A DNA stretch of 32,000 bases, from assembly GCF_042660085.1 (NCBI RefSeq), contig NZ_JBHSTI010000008.1, positions 1,110,001 through 1,142,000 on the forward strand, in the 5' to 3' direction. The translations under genes were made by a program, and so were the position numbers. Positions 29,509 to 32,000 of this stretch are shown piece after piece. Positions within the stretch are counted from its first letter, which is position 1, and each line of letters opens with the position of its first letter. The stretch is from Longivirga aurantiaca (GTDB lineage Bacteria; Actinomycetota; Actinomycetes; S36-B12; CAIYMF01). The notes under the pieces were generated by a model that searched no databases, was not told the origin of the DNA, and worked only from the letters and a program-made list of their open reading frames with translations.

Positions 29509-32000
29509 GTGATCCCGCCGGCTGGTACCTCGACCCGACGGGACGAGCACGACTGCGCTACTGGGATGGTCACCTGCTGACCGCCTGGGTGTCCGACGGC
29601 GAGACGACCCGGCTCGACCCCGAGCCCCTCGCCCCGCGCCAGATCCGCACCGACGACCACGAGCACATCGTGTTCGTGCGCGAGGTCTTCCTCCCGCTGG
29701 CGAGGGCGCGTGGACGTGTCGGACGCGAAGTCCTCGACGAGCTGGGCGAGTACGCCTGGTACCTCGAGAGCGCCGTCGGCCGTGCCGACGCCGTGAGCCC
29801 GGCGAGAGCGGCTGCCGCCCAGGTGCGGGTCGGAGCCACGACCGTGAGGAGCGGCACGTCGTACACCGTCGCTCCCGCCGTCGCGCCGCCCGGCACCATG
29901 CCCGCACCGCGCACCACCGCACCGCCGACACGCACCGCTGCCCCGGTGGCCCGTGAGGTGCCGGCCCCGGCACCTGCGCAGGAGGAGCGCGGCCCGAGCC
30001 GCAGCAGCCTCAGGTGGGCGCGCTTCACCGACTCGGTCGGCTCCGATCTCGCCACGCACGGCCTCGCCTACCTCGGCGTGCTGCTGCTGTTCATCGGCGT
30101 GTTCGGCCTCGTGGCGTTCGCGTTCGGCGACGTCGCGCCCACGATGCGACCGGTCGCCGAGATCGGCATCGCGCTGGCACCGTTCGTGGCCGCCTGGATG
30201 CTGCTGCGTCGCGGGGCCGACATCGCCGGCCGTGCTCTCGAGACCGCGGGCGGCCTGCTGCTGCCCGTCATGCTCGTGACGTCGTTCCTCGACGGCGTGC
30301 CCGTCCCTCCCGACCTGGTCGGAGTCCCGCTCGCCATCACGCTCACCCTGGTGACCGCAGCGGTCAGCGGCGCCTATGCGCTGTGGAGCCTGCGTCATCG
30401 CACCTCCGCGCTGCGCTACCTCGTCGCACCCGTCGCCTGGTTGTCGGTTGGCCTCGCCGTGATGGGCGTGGGGCGCGAGATCCCGAGCGGCAGCGGTGTC
30501 GCGGTCGTGACCGCGGCGCAGGTGGCGGCGATCTCGGTCGCCATGGCTGCCTCGCTGCTGTGGGCCCGGCTCGCACCCGCAGCGGTGCTGTCGGCGCCCA
30601 CGCTCACGAGCGGTGCCGTCGGCAGCTGCGTCGTGGCGCTGCTCGCGCTCATGACGTGGATCTCGGGCGGATGGCCGCCGGTCGCGATCGCCGTCACCGG
30701 TGTCGCCGGCCTCGCGGTGCTCGAGCTGCTCGACGGCCGGGTGCCGCACGCCGTCGTCCGCATCGCCCAGCCGCTCTGGTGGGCGCTCGCGGCGACCGCT
30801 CTGCTGCCCGCGCTCGGCCCGACCGCCACCGGTCTCGCGACCGCCGCGGCGCTCGGCTGCGCCGGGTTCCTCGTGCTCGTCGAGCTCTCCGGACGCGACC
30901 GCGCCAGCCTGCCGTTCCTGCTCGCCGGCCTCGGCCTGGGCGGCACGTTCCTCGTGACGCTCAACGAGCCGTGGTTCGCGTGCGCCGCTGCCGCGGTGCT
31001 GGCGGTGTGGTCCGGCGTACGGCGCCTGCACGGGTTCGCCGTGCCGTGGTCCCGCCCTGCCCTCGACGTGGTCGCCGGTCTCATGCCGGTCGTCGCGGTG
31101 ACGGCGCTGGGATTCGCGACGCGGCACGCGCCTCTCGCCCTGATGGTCGGCAGCGTGCTCGTGCTGCTCGCGGTCGTGCCGATCGACGTCACCGCCGTGC
31201 GCGTGCGGCTGCGCCGTGATCCGGCCGACCACTTCTGGATGCTGTGGTGGGACGCCGGCATGGTCGCTGCCGTCGTCGCGACGGTCGTGATGGTCACGGG
31301 CTTCTGGCCCGCCGACCCCTCGGCGCAGTGGATTCTTGGCGCCGTTCCCGCGGTGCTCGCGCTGTCGGCCGCGGTCGGTCCGCTGCGCGCCACCTGGCGC
31401 CCCTGGCCGACCCTCGCGCTGCTCACCTGGTCGTGGCTCATCACCGCGACGACCGCCGGCTGGCCGCTCGCCTGGACGCTGGGTGCTCCGGCCGTCGTCG
31501 CCCTCGTGATCGTCGCGCTCGTGCACGCGCTGCCGCGCGCGGTCGCGCACTGGTCGTCGCCAGGCCAGCTCGGCACCGCCGCGCTCGTGCTCCTGGTGGT
31601 GTGCATCGCGCTGGCCGGCACGCCCAACGGCTGGCTCCCGGCGCTGCTCGTGTCGGCGCTCGCCGCCGGTCTGGTGCTGGTGACGGCGTACGACGAGGTC
31701 GGGCGCTCGCCCGTGGCCGACGTGTTCGTCGACCTCATGGGCCCCGACGTCCGCTACGCCGGTGCCGCGTTCGCCGCGCTGTCCGTGCCGCTGTCGGCCA
31801 TGCTCCTGCTCGATGCGTCCGGCGCCCTGCCGTTCGAGTCGTGGTGGGCGGGCATCACGCTCAGCGTGACCGCGCTGGTGTACGCCGCGGCCACGCGCCT
31901 GCCGACGTCCGCGCATCTCGGCCGCGTGCTCACGTGGACCGCGATCGCGGGCTCCCTGGCCGGTGTCGCGGTGGCGTGGTCGACCACGTTCCTCGCCTCG
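29509..32000 (+). CDS. DUF2510-like N-terminal domain fused to a very large polytopic membrane protein (at least 830 aa; runs off the window end)
   Basis: Own translation (absent from the track because there is no stop in the window). From the GTG at 29509: VIPPAGWYLDPTGRARLRYWDGHLLTAWVSDGE (the W-Y-x-D-P ... R-Y-W-D-G ... W pattern recalled for DUF2510). A ~150-aa soluble/Pro-Ala region follows. From ~30050 come continuous hydrophobic segments (LAYLGVLLLFIGVFGLVAFAF, IGIALAPFVAAWMLL, GGLLLPVMLVTSFL ...), at least 20 by eye. Very high GC3. The opposite-strand 867-aa ORF is Arg-rich shadow. Confidence 0.8.

Noticed and set aside
29313-31916. 867-aa minus-strand ORF and the 401-aa plus-strand ORF 30014..31219
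   Set aside because: Both are extremely Arg/Gly/Asp/His-rich and implausible as proteins. The third plus-strand frame, from the GTG at 29509, gives a coherent DUF2510-like head and continuous TM helices with near-total G/C third positions.

Overview
High-GC, actinobacterial-type chromosomal window, densely coding. No rRNA, tRNA, CRISPR array, integrase or transposase was recognised. Layout: (i) 1-4766, minus strand: a translationally coupled operon of AMP-forming acetyl/acyl-CoA synthetase, then 2-oxoacid dehydrogenase E1-alpha, E1-beta and E2 (E2 runs off the window). (ii) 5041-9301: a stress/dormancy-type module with a single-domain USP, an erythromycin-esterase-like gene ATGA-coupled to a phosphoribosyltransferase/dienelactone-hydrolase fusion, and a tandem-domain USP. 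(iii) 9.4-10.8 kb: an orphan helical protein bracketed by arrays of a roughly 60-bp REP-like palindromic repeat (core GTTACCCGGGTAAC). This repeat recurs at least 13 times across the window, mostly at gene 3' ends. (iv) 10.7-25.9 kb: an accessory-looking segment bounded by ~126-bp direct repeats, each made of a REP unit plus the 3' end of a small PNPOx-like gene. It holds the most unusual content: an ATGA-coupled pair of giant secreted multi-propeller proteins. The first is 1172 aa, an RCC1 propeller split by an NHL-like insert. The second is 1571 aa, with FG-GAP/VCBS motifs plus an uncharacterised Ser/Thr/Gly-rich core and CARDB-like ends. A large ATPase-LuxR (LAL-type) regulator lies convergent to them. 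The segment also carries the intact PNPOx-like gene, an aminotransferase, an EamA permease fused to a cyclic-nucleotide-binding domain, and a frameshifted remnant of a class III cyclase regulator. (v) 25.9-32.0 kb: an in-frame-deleted PNPOx copy, an orphan class II glutamine amidotransferase bracketed by REP units, two lipoproteins, and a DUF2510-like N-terminus on a very large polytopic membrane protein that runs off the window. All functional calls rest on motif recognition by eye and recalled family knowledge. No database search was possible.
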